This document shows, in pieces, positions 1 to 13,639 of a DNA stretch of 64,000 bases (positions are counted from its first letter, which is position 1; each line of letters opens with the position of its first letter). A program made the position numbers and the translations under genes. The stretch is taken from contig JAQGDQ010001056.1 of the NCBI GenBank assembly GCA_030141605.1, positions 3,174 through 67,173 of the forward strand. Reading direction: 5' to 3'. This DNA comes from Tubiluchus corallicola (lineage: Eukaryota; Animalia; Priapulida). A model generated the notes under the pieces. It worked only from the letters and a program-made list of their open reading frames with translations. It made no database searches and was not told the origin of the DNA.

Positions 1-96
1 TGTGGAGTCACACCTCCTCTGAAATGACCCTCCTGATCACTTTGCTCCATGCTGCCCTGTCACCCGCAACCTCCCATGTCTCTGTATTTTTGATAC

Positions 97-410
97 CTAA
101 TGGTGTGTTTTGGAAAGATCTTTTCGGATGAAATTGATATAAGTCAGCAGCTGTCCTCCTTGTAGTTTCTTTTCTTTCTGCAGCGCATCTTTGAAAGCTA
201 ATTTTAATGGACTGTCATCTGGTAGTCGAATAACATGTCCTGTCCATCTTAATCTTCTCTTTTTGATTTTAACTGTCAATTTCCTCTGCCTTGACTTTAT
301 TATACAGATCCTAGTTTGATATTTTCCTAAGCCATTTTATTCCAGTAGTTTCTTCTTTGAAATTCATCAATTTCTGATTCGTCTTGTGCTTTAACTGCCC
401 ATAATTCTGA
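97..410 (-). mobile_element. RTE-clade non-LTR retrotransposon, degenerate 3' ORF fragment
   Basis: ORF 97-279 encodes IKKRRLRWTGHVIRLPDDSP, the RLRWxGHVxR motif at the C-terminus of RTE RT ORFs. It resembles the fragments at 27630, 36583 and 52870. Confidence 0.75.
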
Positions 411-882
411 GTGTCATCATTGACTATCATAGTAAAACAGAAGAAGTATTGACGTCATAGAGTTGCATGGTGGCGACAGCTGTTGGAGAACTGTTAATAT
501 TTGAAAATCACAAAGTTAAAGCAAAAGGAAACATCATTCTTACATTGGTAAAATTGTAAGCTAATTACATTGGTAAGCTAAGAGAATTTGTCTTGAAAAA
601 TTTTTATCCATTACATATTGTATATAGAGCTTGCGTTAGCAATTTAAACTCTGATGATAACCATTAGACACATCTATTTTACCGGTAAGTCATTTGAAAC
701 TAGTTTAGATAACACTTTTTATATAGTCTGAAAAATAATCAAAGCATTCGTAACACACTCTAAGTTCACTAAGCAAAAATGTAAATTAATTTATCTTGTC
801 AATAACATTAATAATATTTTTTGAACTGAACTGAATTGAAGATTTTATGCAGAACCAAAGTTCCATATTATGAAATGCATAC

Positions 883-1141
<259 letters not shown>

Positions 1142-1790
1142 ATATAATACACACATATCATTATATAAAAAAAATTAAATAGTGTAAATGGTGCAAAATA
1201 CGGCTATATGCATATATACAAAAAGTAATAATCATAATAGTCATTTCTACAAGATAATATTGAATTCAAAGCTTTTCGAGATGCACTTTAAAATTCTCCT
1301 TTTTTCCCTTTAGTGTCTCAACCTGTTTCTTAAAAAAAATAATAAGGATAATAATCAATTTCCAAATAGGTCAAAACATATTTATAAGAAGCCATTTCTA
1401 CATCGCTGCAAATCATATGACTCGAATACCACGAATCCACAGTGTAAACTTACAGAAAGGAGCATGAATGCCTCGGTCAGTCAACATAACAAGCATTTTT
1501 ATGCTTAACTGGCAAGATTAGGTGCTACGCTGCATCAAGAGAAGGGGGGGGGGGCGTAGAAGGACGTTTGTAAATAACTTTGGAACATGTTGCAGACGTT
1601 TGTTGCAGAAAAGATAATGAAGACACACTCACGGCGGAGACGTGTGTTGCTAACAAGGGTACAGAACCATCCTAAATTAATGACAATTCGTAGACGTCTA
1701 GAAGGTTGTTTTTGTCATCAGACCGCCAATGAAGGCTGTCTCGCAGTTTAATTTACTAATGGCTTTCTCTGTTTGGCAATCTCAGCGCAG

Positions 1791-2054
1791 TTTCAAACAA
1801 ACTTTATAAGGAGCTCAGTAAGTGGATTAAATCACGTCTTTGAAAAGTTATAAACACTACTACACAAAACCTGCATAAGACCACACAAAACTCCTTTCAT
1901 ACAATAAGTATTAGATTAATTTGAAACATACAAAAACGCTACGGATAACACTGTAGCTTTCTCAGTGCAAGCTCTCACATTACAATACTTATTATTATGC
2001 ATCAAAGAAATATTTTAATCCACTTACTGCGCATGTTACAAAGTTTGCTTGAAA
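1791..2054. repeat. Imperfect inverted repeat, ~45-50 bp arms
   Basis: tttcaaacaaactttataag..cagtaagtggattaaa (1791-1831) is the reverse complement of tttaatccacttactgcg..acaaagtttgcttgaaa (~2013-2054). Confidence 0.6.
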
Positions 2055-2210
2055 AATATGATTACAGTCTTTTGTAAAACATGTTACTAGTTATTCGCCG
2101 TTTAAGAAACCGATTGTACAGTCTAGTGTTTGTTTCAGTTGCCCAGAGATGGCGCAACGAAGCCGTATACAAACACAACTATATCACTAGAAGCAATAGA
2201 CTTTCTTTAA

Positions 2211-2811
2211 AGCAAAACCGCACCCAATCTTAAACTGTAGGTCAAAACAATCTTTAAAATAATGAAAGGAAACACACTATTTTTTTTCAAAATGACTTGT
2301 GTGAAAGAATTATTACCACACAAACACAATCACGTTTGCGCCATTAGCTCTTCGCTGTTACATGCATTTCGCCATTCTCTAGTTAGGCAGGCACTAGTGC
2401 CTGCATTTCGGAAACGCGATTTGCACAAAAACCAGGTTCTGTACCTCTCAGTTCAGAGGTCTTAACTACACACGTTCGACAGCTCATGCGTGAACACAGC
2501 GGTAAACTTGAAATTTGAATTTGTATCCTAAAACTTGCCTTGTTTTAGTACAATGCACTGAATATCTTACAGTAGTACTGTACTTCAATTTTCGCTTTCG
2601 CAAACACATGCAGCACGCTCATTGAATGTTTTTGCTGTTGAAAATTATGTTAGTTTGTGATGTCGTCAATAGTTGGGCTCGCGCCGTTAATTAAGTTTTT
2701 AGTCTATTATTTAATTAACTGAAGCGCTTTTGCAGTATTAAATGCGTTAAAATGTGTACTTTTTATCGGACTTGAAAATGGGATAGTATATGAAAAACAT
2801 CCTATCTTCCT
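2211..2811 (+). mobile_element. Family A MITE (Kolobok/T2-like), full-length copy
   Basis: TTAA at both ends (2207-2210, 2812-2815); termini AGCAAAACCG...TCTTCCT; body recurs at 7995, 12780, 14570 and 26385. Confidence 0.8.
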
Positions 2812-3298
2812 TTAAGTGTTAATGGTTCGATATGTATAATATGTTTGTGCCTGTAAATTACCTTTATAGTTGGACTGTTGCAGCTTATAGACCTTAAATT
2901 TCGTACGATTTTTCATAGAAATGACTTGATTTTGGGGTAAATTGCCGCACAAACGACTGCAAAGGAGTTCAAACGTCATTTTGGTAAAAAATGATGTATT
3001 TCTTCAGAAGCATGCAAAATAGACAAATAGTTTACACTGAGTACAGAAAGGCAACCTCAAATAGAGACATCACTTTTCATCATGGTTGCCACTTACATCG
3101 GAGGGCCAAGCTTGGATTTATAAATTCTGAATGTACTATATAGTAAAACAGAATGGCCAGGACGAAGGGTGAATTCAGTACATTGAAATTGTTAAGATGA
3201 AATAAATAACAGAAACTAAACGCACAGTCCGGTGTACGAGGTCCACCCGTGTTTTCACCGAATGTTTTATCAGTTTGTTTGGTTCGTCAGTCACGTAA

Positions 3299-3943
3299 GG
3301 CCCATTTCACAATGAGGACGCAAGGAAAAATGAGGCACGGAATTGCGGTACGAAAAGCAGAAAAATTCCTGAAAATTTTCGATTTTCTTCGAAATCCCAT
3401 TCTGCAAGAAAGTTTATTTCACTGTGAAACCGCCCGGTTTTTTTCAGCGCGTCCATTAACTACAGCTACGTTGTCTAAATCAAGTTATACTTGCCATATT
3501 TCTCACAAAGTACAATTAATAATATTAGCCAATGTAATGTCTGCCGTGTTTGTTCTTTAGTAAAGTTCTACTAACCACTTTAAAATCTGAAAATATACAT
3601 ACATAAAAGAAATATATCAGTTCGTTGCTTTTCTTTTACACGAATGTAGCCATCGATGTTGCATTAATAAAACATTAAATCGTCAGTCAGTTAAAACAGA
3701 GATTAAATCTTAAAATTTTATGCTGAAATGTGTTAATTGTTGTTCGTTATTTAAGAAAGAATTGAGTAGTTAAATTTAAGACAAAATTCCGCGAGGATGC
3801 CTCACGAAAATGGAACATGCAGTATTTCTACGCTGCAGCTAACTTTTTCACGAGGAGGACGCATAGCTTCTAGCTGGTAGCAGAATTCATCATGAGGAAT
3901 TGCACGAGGAAGTTTGCTGCGCGTCCTTGCTGTGAAATGGGCC
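3299..3943. mobile_element. PIF/Harbinger-type MITE
   Basis: TIR GGCCCATTTCACA..AGGACGC / GCGTCCT..TGTGAAATGGGCC, with TAA on both sides (3296-3298, 3944-3946). Confidence 0.8.
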
Positions 3944-5982
3944 TAATATTCCGTATCTCATAATGATACGTTTGCTTACTGATATTGATAACTAAATAAA
4001 GAAAGTACAGAAAGTACCTTACTATGCACTTTTACCATGTTATATTAATGGACAATAATCTCCATAAAGCTGTAAGCATTAAAGAGAAAATCACTGAAAC
4101 GGTCAGTGATAATTGTGAGTGGCACCAAGCTTTCTCAGTTATTCTCACATTACAACACTTTTCAAGAAACTTACATAATGACTGTCTGCATTCACTGATA
4201 CAGACTTGAAAGTTCCACAACTATTGAATATTTCACTTTGCCAATAGTGGAGGGCGTAGTAGCAAATCTCGGATATTTATTGTGGAGAATTGAAAATACG
4301 TTTTATTCATATTGGCTTCAATATAGTTCAGACCTCTAACTAGGTCAATTTATAGATAAAGATTTAAATAATTTAGTTTAGGGTACTATATATCTAATGA
4401 TGCCTTTCTCTACGCATCGGAACTCTGCAACATTTATAGCTTCGTATGATTGTAGTACCGCAGTAGAGGGCTAAAATAGAAAAAGATTTAGCCTTGATAT
4501 AATTAAAGTTTATTTCCCTACAGAACGAATAAAACGGATTTTTCTGGTCTTGTTTTGAGTTTTGACTTGTGATGTCTGACTCTGTTGATTTCTAGTAAAA
4601 TAGGGATTAAATATATGTAGTTCTTGAGATTACTGATTGTAACTCTTGTGAATTTAAACATTGAATTGGAATTTAATAAATTGGTATATCAATTTATCTG
4701 CATTTTTATGTTACTTCACAGGAAACTTGATGCATTAATAGCCTTGATGTTAGCACGCACTTCAATAGTTCTTGTTTAGTATCACTGTAAGAAATGTTAT
4801 ACGCACAAATTAGAAAAGCTAATTACAGAATCCGTAAATGTAATATTGTAGAATTCACTCTGTATAGTGTCTATGTAAAATTGTATAATGTTAGTACAGA
4901 TGTTTTTGCTTGCAAAAATAATAAAGATTTATCATCATATCATCTTCATCTGACTAGAAACATTTATTTGAAATCTAGAGAACAATTACTCAGTTATCGA
5001 TGTTTTCTGTTTCTATCGGTATGAGACACGGATATGATTTTTACACACAGTTCTCCGGGAAATTTTTTAACCGGGAAAGTTGTTAAAACCATGCGAGTGC
5101 ACGAAGCCTGCTCAAACAGAAAGCACAAAGAACCGAAAGTACAAACGCCCCACGGGAAATGTTCAATTCTGTCTTATGATGTTAGAACAAAAGGAAATGA
5201 AACATAACCGCGCGTGCGCAGTCACATTATAATTTTACTAACTTCTACAATCGACGTTTTAACTGGGCAAATCATGACTAGATGTCATCTCACATACTTA
5301 ACCAAGCCGGGTGATCAGGTTTATTCATTTTTTGATTTCAGTCCATCACTCACGCATCCAGTCAGTGAGATGGCATGAGGAGCGTTTACAGTCCTGTATA
5401 ATCTTTAAAGGTAAACTGTAAGTCGAAAAGGAACATACTCGCAACTGTATGAACTTATCCGAACATCTTAAAGAATGGCGAGTCGTGTATACTGTATAGG
5501 TACTGTGGAACTGCAGCGCCCCCTATTTTCACTCAATATAATCGTTAACATTCAATGTAATAAGTCTTTTTTTAGTTCTTTCTTTGGACTTGTACGGAAA
5601 CAGTGCACGTGAGGGTAGTACTAATTGCTTCACAGCCCAGCACAGTTGGCTGTTGTTCACATGTCTGAGCACAGGCAGAGAGGTAGGAAAAAGTACTGTC
5701 ACTCACACAGTTTGTTGTCAGTTGTCACGTGCTTACTGTGAATGGATCAAGCTTGAACTGCAACAGTTTAGGCTACTAGTCAACAAAAAATATTTTTGTT
5801 TAGAATTTTATCAAGCTTATGTATAAACTTTCATGTGTTTGTTTTTTAAATTACAATTACAACATTAAAATTACGTATGTTTGTTTCGTTTTACACAGTG
5901 TTAAAACAATGGCTAAAAATTTTCTGAAGCAGCACTCCCACTAATTTTAGCTACGAGCCGCCATTGTTCTTGACATACTTAA

Positions 5983-6485
5983 AGTACAAGAAAACGTCGC
6001 TCTTACATCGTCTTGAAATTTTGTATCATCTATATGATGTCTTACTGCGCGCACACCTTCTGTATTACGGCAATAAGGCTGTATAAAATTTGTAAATTTA
6101 AACTCCCGCGATGACTGTTAGGCTCAGCCGTTTTAATGCTAAGTCGTTTGAAACAAGTTGAGGCAACATTGCTTAAATTTTGCAAAAATAATCAGAGCAT
6201 TTGCAACACACTCTTTGCTAACTAAGCAAAAGTATAAATTATTTTATCTTGATACTAAAATTAATAAGCCTAATATATTTTTTGGTCAGCCAGTGACGTT
6301 TTTATTTTGTACGAACTGGGAGAGTGAAACAGAGAAGTTTTACCAGTTGGCACGAACAATTTAAATTAATAATGTTTTTTGCACTTGTATAAATCATTCA
6401 AACAGTAAGTTTAAGGCGAAATATGGACAATTGGACAGTTTGTATGGACAGTTTTTTGAGATATATATTTTAACATTTCCCTTTG
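5983..6485 (+). mobile_element. Family C MITE (Kolobok-like), diverged copy
   Basis: Starts TTAA|AGTACAAGAAA; core gtaaatttaaactcc..tttgaaacaagtt is shared with 11181-11647 (opposite strand) and ~15150-15530. Confidence 0.55.
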
Positions 6486-6609
6486 AGTGCTTGTCTGCTT
6501 GTTGAAACGTGACAATAAGCCAAATTAGATATTTTATGGAGTGCTGGAAAATGATAGCGAAAGCTGCTTTACCTGAAATTACCTGGTTAATGTAACAACG
6601 CTGGCAGAC

Positions 6610-6981
6610 AATAAGCCTTTTCATAGTTCCAGCGATTGATGATGATCGTGAAAAGGTTAAAGGTTAAGTGCACCAGACAACGCATTTGTGTACAATTGAC
6701 AACGCCTCGCAGTCTATGCTATTGCAATAGTAATTAAAAAAACGGACGAATGCTAGCTATAGAACCTTACCTAGTTCGTTTCTCTTGTTCCAAAGTAAGA
6801 TCCTGCGCAGGCTAATGTATAATTAAGTAAGGTCCAAGAAAACAACTGTAGTTATTGAACTGGGCTTTGCTTTACCCACATATCAAGTGATGGTTGTAGC
6901 TAAGACGCGTTGCTGTGTCACACTTAACCTTTGACCTACAGCAACTGCGCGCGCACACAACGAAACAGTGAAAGGCTTATT
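6610..6981 (+). mobile_element. Family B MITE (~370-400 bp, AATAAGCCTTT TIRs)
   Basis: TIR aataagcctttt..aaaggcttatt; body matches 24176-24581, 47817-48222 and, inverted, 49728-50030. Confidence 0.75.
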
Positions 6982-7994
6982 GTCGTAGTTATGCTTCATT
7001 ATTTGCTTACTTGCAACATTTCAATAACACATTTATACAGCTGCAGTATAATCATTTTCTTTTGCTGCTTCAAGTATTACTTCAAAGCATGTGCAAATAA
7101 GTTAACGAATATGAATAGGTATATTTAATAAGGAATGTTATAATCAATATTACGTGTATATGAATGTATATAGAAGGTTCTATAACCTTAGGGTGCGTTC
7201 AAACTAGCGAGCAAAACTTGTGAGTTACTGTCATTCTGACATTCTGACGCAAGCTGACATTCAGCACTCTATTCACTACGAGATGTGTCGAGAGTAACTC
7301 GCCGAAGCGTTCACACAAGGAAGTAAATCAACTCACAGCACTGTCGAAGAGTTTGCAAAAACTTACCGACAGTAACTTGCAAAGCAGTCCACACTTGCGA
7401 GTTTCCTGTCAGAGATAAAATACGCAACAATTGGGAAAATGCTTATTGAGCAAGCCAATGTAGCAAGTTTCATTTATTTGCTTACACAAAAAAACTCATC
7501 ATACTTACATGTATATATGCAAAACAGAAGCTGAAAACAAGAGGAAAGATTTTGCTATAATTTTTACATTCAAACTTCGTAAGATTTAGCGATAATAGAG
7601 TGTCCTGTAATTATGTAATCTTTTAATAATTATGACGTGCATTCGTGAATATACTTCGACACCTGGTTTCCATAAATAATGTACAAATACATGACCGTCG
7701 AGCTGTCACACTAATGATTGAGCACACGTACTACTGAGGTGAGCATACCTCTTGGGAAATCAAGCTTAATAATGTATTACAAGTGGCTAATATCACTTCT
7801 CCTAGTGACACGTTAAAGATTAAGCGTGTTTTGAAGGTATGCTCCCAGTAGGATGTGTGTTTTTGGCAATGTGTCAGCGTCTTTCTCTCTTTCGTGAATT
7901 TGCTTGTAACTGAAAACTGAAACCCATTAAGTGATTTTTTATGCGTACACCCACGAGAAAACGTCATGGATGAAATAACGACTCCTGGATTTAA

Positions 7995-8595
7995 GGAAAA
8001 ACCGGACCCAATCTTAAACTGTAGCTCAAAACAATCTACTCTTTAAAATATTAAAAGGAAATAAACTATTTTTTCAAAAATGATTTACGTGAAAGAATTA
8101 TTACCACACAAACGCAATTTCACGTTCGCGCCACTAGTTCTTCGCTGTTACATGCATTTCGCCATTCGCTAGTTAGACAGGCACTAGCGCCTGCATTTCG
8201 GAGAGTGATGCACAAAAAACTGGTGCTGTACCTCTCAGTTAAGATGTATTAGTTTGTGAAGAACTACGCACGTTCGACAGCTCATGCGTGAGCACAGCGG
8301 TAAATTTGAAATTTGAATTTTTATCTTAAAGCTTGCCTAGTTTTAGTACAACACACTGAATATCTTACAGTAACACTGTACTTCAATTTTCGTTTTCTCA
8401 ACCCGTTTACAACACGCTCATTGAATGTTTTTGCTATTAAAAATTATGTTAGTTTGTGACGACATCAATAGTTGGACTCGCCCGCCGTTAATTTAAATTT
8501 AATCAAATACTTAATTATCTGAAAGGCTTTTGCAGTATTAATTATGTTAAAATGTATACTTTTTTTTATCAGACATAAAAATGGGGTAGTATTGG
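7995..8595 (+). mobile_element. Family A MITE, right terminus truncated
   Basis: Starts TTAA|GGAAAAACCGGACCCAATC; colinear with 2211-2811. Confidence 0.8.
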
Positions 8596-8836
8596 TAAAA
8601 GTATTATTACCGTAGAATCTTAATTACCTCGCTATTGCATGCATTTGCATTACACGCTCTTACATGCTGTTACATTTACAGGTGACTAAACTTGAAGCTG
8701 ATGAAGATAATTTATTAGAAGATCCAGCAAGTGAAGAAGAAGTGGATGTCTTAGAATTAAACAGTGAACATCGTTAGACCAATCAAGCATAAACAATATA
8801 CTGCAATGGCCTAAAGCCTCTTTTTATCCTTGGTGC

Positions 8837-10284
8837 CAAGGCTTGCAGTACGGTACAGTACGAAAAAAATAGCGTACCGTAATTCCGTACAGTACCTACA
8901 AAATCGAATCATACCGAACTAGTGCGTTAAAATACCCTACGTAATTTCGTACAGTACCTACAAAATCGAATCATACCGAACTAGTGCGATAAAATACCGT
9001 ACCGTAATTCCGTACAGTACCTACAAAATCGAATCATACCGAACTAGCACGATAAAATACCGTACCGTAATTCCGTACAGTACCTACAAAATCGAATCAT
9101 ACCGAACTAGTGCGATAAAATACCGTACCGTAATTCCGTACAGTACCTACAAAATCGAATCATACCGAACTAGTACGATAAAATACCGTACCGTAATTCC
9201 GTACAGTACCTACAAAATCGAATCATACCGAACTAGTACGATAAAATACCGTACCGTAATTCCGTACAGTACCTACAAAATCGAATCATACCGAACTAGT
9301 ACGATAAAATACCGTACGTAATTCCGTACAGTACCTACAAAATCAATCATACCGAACTAAAAATACCTACGTAATTCCGTACAGTACCTACAAAATCGAA
9401 TCATACCGAACTAGTACGATAAAATACCGTACCGTAATTCCGTACAGTACCTACAAAATCGAATCATACCGAACTAGTGCGATAAAATACCGTACCGTAA
9501 TTCCGTACAGTACCTACAAAATCGAATCATACCGAACTAGTACGATAAAATACCGTACCGTAATTCCGTACAGTACCTACAAAATCGAATCATACCGAAC
9601 TAGTGCGATAAAATACCGTACCGTAATTCCGTACAGTACTACAAAATCGAATCATACCGAACTAGTGCGATAAAATACCGTACCGTAATTCCGTACAGTA
9701 CCTACAAAATCGAATCATACCGAACTAGTGCGATAAAATACCGTACCGTAATTCCGTACAGTACCTACAAAATCGAATCATACCGAACTAGTGCGATAAA
9801 ATACCGTACCGTAATTCCGTACAGTACCTACAAAATCGAATCATACCGAATAGTCGATAAAATACCGTACCGTAATTCCGTACAGTACCACAAAATCGAA
9901 TCATACCGAACTAGTGCGATAAAATACCGTACCGTAATTCCGTACAGTACCTACAAAATCGAATCATACCGAACTAGTGCGATAAAATACCGTACCGTAA
10001 TTCCGTACAGTACCTACAAAATCGAATCATACCGAACTAGTGCGATAAAATACCGTACCGTAATTCCGTACAGTACCTACAAAATCGAATCATACCGAAC
10101 TAGTACGATAAAATACCGCACCGTAATTCCGTACAGTACCTACAAAATCGAATCATACCGAACTAGTACGATAAAATACCCTACGTAATTTCGTACCGTA
10201 CCTACAAAATCGAATCATACCGAACTAGTACCCTAAAATACCCTACGTAATTTTGTACCGTACTGTGCCGTACTGTCAGCCTTG
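8837..10284. mobile_element. hAT-type non-autonomous element enclosing a tandem array
   Basis: 26-bp TIR CAAGGCTTGCAGTACGGTACAGTACG / CGTACTGTGCCGTACTGTCAGCCTTG; 8-bp TSD cttggtgc (8829-8836) and ctcggtgc (10285-10292). Confidence 0.85.
8874..10262. repeat. 63-bp tandem repeat, ~22 copies
   Basis: Unit gtaccgtaattccgtacagtacctacaaaatcgaatcataccgaactagt(g/a)cgataaaatacc; head-to-tail, no spacers. Confidence 0.97.
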
Positions 10285-10470
10285 CTCGGTGCCCTCATAT
10301 ATCTATGCCAACTTGCCGCAAAACTTAGTTTTGTACTAATAGAAATACCTCAATTACCAGTTGGTCATTCTGTCCAGTTAGTAACACATATTAAGCAAGA
10401 CTTTCACGAGGTAATTTTTTACCCCGCTTGGTCTTTGTTGTAACAAAAAAACCACTTGGTCGGCTAAGGG

Positions 10471-10596
10471 TTAATTAAGTTTTTAACCGGTTATTTAATT
10501 ATCAGAAACGCTTTGAGAGTATTATAGGTGTTAAAATGTATACTTTTTGCCGTACTTCAAAATAAAGTATGATTTGAAAAATCATCCCATTTGCCT
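10471..10596 (+). mobile_element. Family A MITE right-end fragment, preceded by a piggyBac-like end (AGGG|TTAA)
   Basis: Matches the last ~125 bp of family A and ends CCT|TTAA (10597-10600); left junction cggctaaggg|ttaa. Confidence 0.6.
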
Positions 10597-11180
10597 TTAA
10601 ACGCATTTCTTGGTTTTCCTTTTTACCAATATACATATATATTGTATGTTCAAAGGATGTTGGATGTTTTATTGTGAACCAATAATGGATTGGCTTAGTT
10701 TGTTGAGTAATGTAATTATTTGTTGCCTAGCTTTTCATCACTAGTAATGTTTATAGTGCAGAATGCTACTACTAATTTCTTAATACATTAACCTTGTAGG
10801 CTCAGCTGAAATTGTCAATTTATCCGATATTGTGCCACGACAAACACATGATAATTACTAGCACGGCTGATAAATACTCTTCACAATTTCGCAAAATTAC
10901 TGTTATTGCTATGGTTACGGCGTGTCGCTAATGGTGAAATATCAAACTACAACTAACAGGGAACGGACAATAATTACTATGTAAAAGTTTATTATAACAT
11001 TTGTGCCTACTTGCATATTTCGTTATAGAACACTATTGGGCAATAATGCATGATTATCCAATTACGTAGCCCCCCGACATCAATTTGTACTTACTTGCAC
11101 GCCTTTGTGGATGCTAAAAGAGAATTTGCTTCGACCTTAAAGCCTATTATATTACGGTCATCAAACAAAGAAGTTGTTAA

Positions 11181-11647
11181 AGGACAAGAAAAGGGGTGCC
11201 TGAAGTAGGTTTTAGAAAATTCGCCTTAAAAACTTATATTACTTTATAGCAATTTCATACGTATATCATACTCGTATTGAAAGGAATTTTTGTTTGTTTT
11301 CGCTTTAAATCTCTCCCAATTCTGTTCCGACCCCGCCATTACTTGACGTCACTAGGCAAACGTTGCTGACACGATAGAGTTATTTAAAATTTTACTCAAT
11401 TAGTGACATGTGCGAAACGAATTCTCGGATTATTTTTTCAAAGTTTACACAATGTTATCCTAACTTGTTTCAAATGACCTGTCGTCAAAATGGCTGCGTC
11501 TAACGGTCATAGCAGGAGTTTAAATTTACGAGTTTTATACAGCGTTACTGCCGATTGGAAGTACTGTGTGTAAAAGGCAGTATGTAAGTGATATAAAATT
11601 TCAAGACAAATTTTTAAGCTTTATGCATACGGAGGGTTTCTTGTGCT
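11181..11647 (-). mobile_element. Family C MITE (Kolobok/T2-like), both ends intact
   Basis: TTAA|AGGACAAGAAA ... TTTCTTGTGCT|TTAA: 11-bp TIR with 1 mismatch and TTAA TSD. Confidence 0.75.
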
Positions 11648-12399
11648 TTAAAACAAAAGCTTTATTTCAAGAACGCAAAGGTCAATAAAATGAAACAACA
11701 ACGTGATTTTAGTGCTTAACTGAGACTGCTAAACTGAAGTTTTACTGCAAGGCTATTAACAGCTTTTAGCTTGTGTAGAAAATATTATTTCAAATTATTT
11801 TGACGCAAGAATTTACTTTGTTACAACTTTGTTTTGCGACAAAAAAGGAAGCTAAGTTTGACTAATTATTTTGTCCAATCAACATGTTTAGGCAAACTGT
11901 AAAAATCTACCGCACGTCATTTAGTACTTTCAACAAAGTACAAGCACAGAACATGAGTTTAAATCAACACATGTTGCGACCTATCGGATAAAGGTATATC
12001 TGATGAGGCCAAATTGATGTCGCTGACTATACGAAAATAGCAATTTTGTTACGAGTGGCGTATAGTGATATCATTTGCTAAGTTCCTGAATGGAGATACA
12101 TTGGAACTAGATTAGTGCTAAGCTCGGCAGGGGCAAGCGAGCTAATAAATAATGCATTGAACGGCAAATAGATCTATAGGAAGTAATCAACTTCGTATTC
12201 TAAAATTGCACAAATGTCACAACGGTCTTTTAGTTGTCAATGAAGTGTGACTGCTGAAGGTAATTAATTGAACAATGTGCACCATTGCGATATCTGTACA
12301 TGTAGGTGCGTTTAGGTTTTGGAAACATTGTACCCATAAACACGTCACACCAGTTTCACGTAATTTGAGAAATCACTACTCTATTCATCATCGGTTTAG

Positions 12400-12600
12400 T
12401 TCCCAGAAAAAGTGTTTCCCAGAAGAAATAATTTCCCGAAAAAAATTTCTGGGAAATGGCAATTCTGGGAAATTTTTTTTCGAGGAGTTTTTTTGGAAAG
12501 TAAATTTTTCTGGCAAAAAAGTTTTCTGTGAAATTTTTTTGTCGGGGTAAAATGTTCTGGCAAAACACATTTTTTGAAAAAGCTTTTTGGGAAACGAATC
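12400..12600. repeat. Degenerate short-period repeat of TT(C/T)TGGGAAA / TTCCCAGAA motifs
   Basis: Repeated ttcccagaa, ttctgggaaa and ttttggaaa blocks; likely a subterminal array of a DNA-transposon relic. Confidence 0.45.
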
Positions 12601-12779
12601 TTCCCCTTCATCATCTCATACAGTTTAAATATAGCCGCCATTTGAGTTTGGGTGTGTACACGTACGAGGAACGAACGACAGGGTCAAAGAAAGGAAAGGA
12701 TATTTGGGCGCGTACAACGAGGAAAAATGGAGGGGTGGATACAAAAAATAATGTTGCACAGACAATCGAGCTGCTTTAA

Positions 12780-13414
12780 AGGAAGACAGAACGATTTTTC
12801 ATGTACTACCTCATTTTCAAGTCCGTTAAAAAGCATACATTGTAATACAATTAATATTGCAAAAGCCTTTCTGGTAATTAAATTATAGATTAAAAACTTA
12901 ATTAACGGCGGGCGAGCCCAACTGTTGATGACATCACAAATTAACATAATTTTCAACAGCAAAAATATTTCACGAGCGTGTTACACGTGCTGTGTGTGTG
13001 TAAGATATCAGTACAGTGCTGTGTGTAAGATATCAGTGTGTTGTACTAAGACTAGGCAAGTTTTAAGATAAAAATTCAAATTTCAAATTTACCGCTGTGC
13101 TTACGCATGAGTTGACGAACGTGTGTAAAATATAAACTATATTTATTTATATATATGACGTTCGTTATAAACTAACACGTCTGAACTGAGAGGTACAGCA
13201 CCTGTTTTTCGTGCAGTGCGTTTCCGAAATGCAGGCGCTAGTGCCTGTCTAACTAGCGAATGGCGAAATGCATCTATCAGCGAATGCGAAATTGTGTTTG
13301 TGTGGCAATAATTCTTTCACGTAAGTCATTTTTGAAAAAATAGTATGTTTCCTTTCAATGTTTTAAAGAGTAGATTGTTTTGACCTGCAGTTTAAGATAG
13401 GGACCGGTTTTGCT
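12780..13414 (-). mobile_element. Family A MITE, full length, reverse orientation
   Basis: TTAA|AGGAAGACAG ... CCGGTTTTGCT|TTAA (12776-12779, 13415-13418). Confidence 0.85.
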
Positions 13415-13639
13415 TTAAATGCTGTGTTTTGTACTGCCTTTCATTACCAAACATTCACGTGATACGCAATATAAGAAAAGTAAATTAAGCAAATCCAGCC
13501 AACGGCTACGTTATATAGTCTACCTAAACAATTACTAATTTTGCCACGCCAATCTTCTCTTGTCCACTAATAGAAACAGGTGGATAACTGAATGCCTTTG
13601 CGTTGCATATATGTGGACGAAACTAGTTACAAATCATTC

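Noticed and set aside
7748-7910. Next exon of the 16979 gene (ttttcag|...GAG|GTATGC on minus)
   Set aside because: The frame required by the phase-2 donor hits a stop after ~32 codons. The open frame has the wrong phase and no recognisable domain, so it is not excluded as an exon of something else.
8874-10262. CRISPR array
   Set aside because: Units are head-to-tail with no unique spacers, there are no cas genes, and the array is enclosed by hAT TIRs in eukaryotic DNA.
12000-12040. Hammerhead ribozyme at CTGATGAGGCC
   Set aside because: No stem II complement followed by GAAA at the right spacing; the same applies to CTGACGAGG at ~41309.
12119-12147. Helitron 3' end (AGCTCG..CGAGCT hairpin)
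   Set aside because: Ends CTAAT rather than CTAG|T, and no 5' TC end or other copy is visible.
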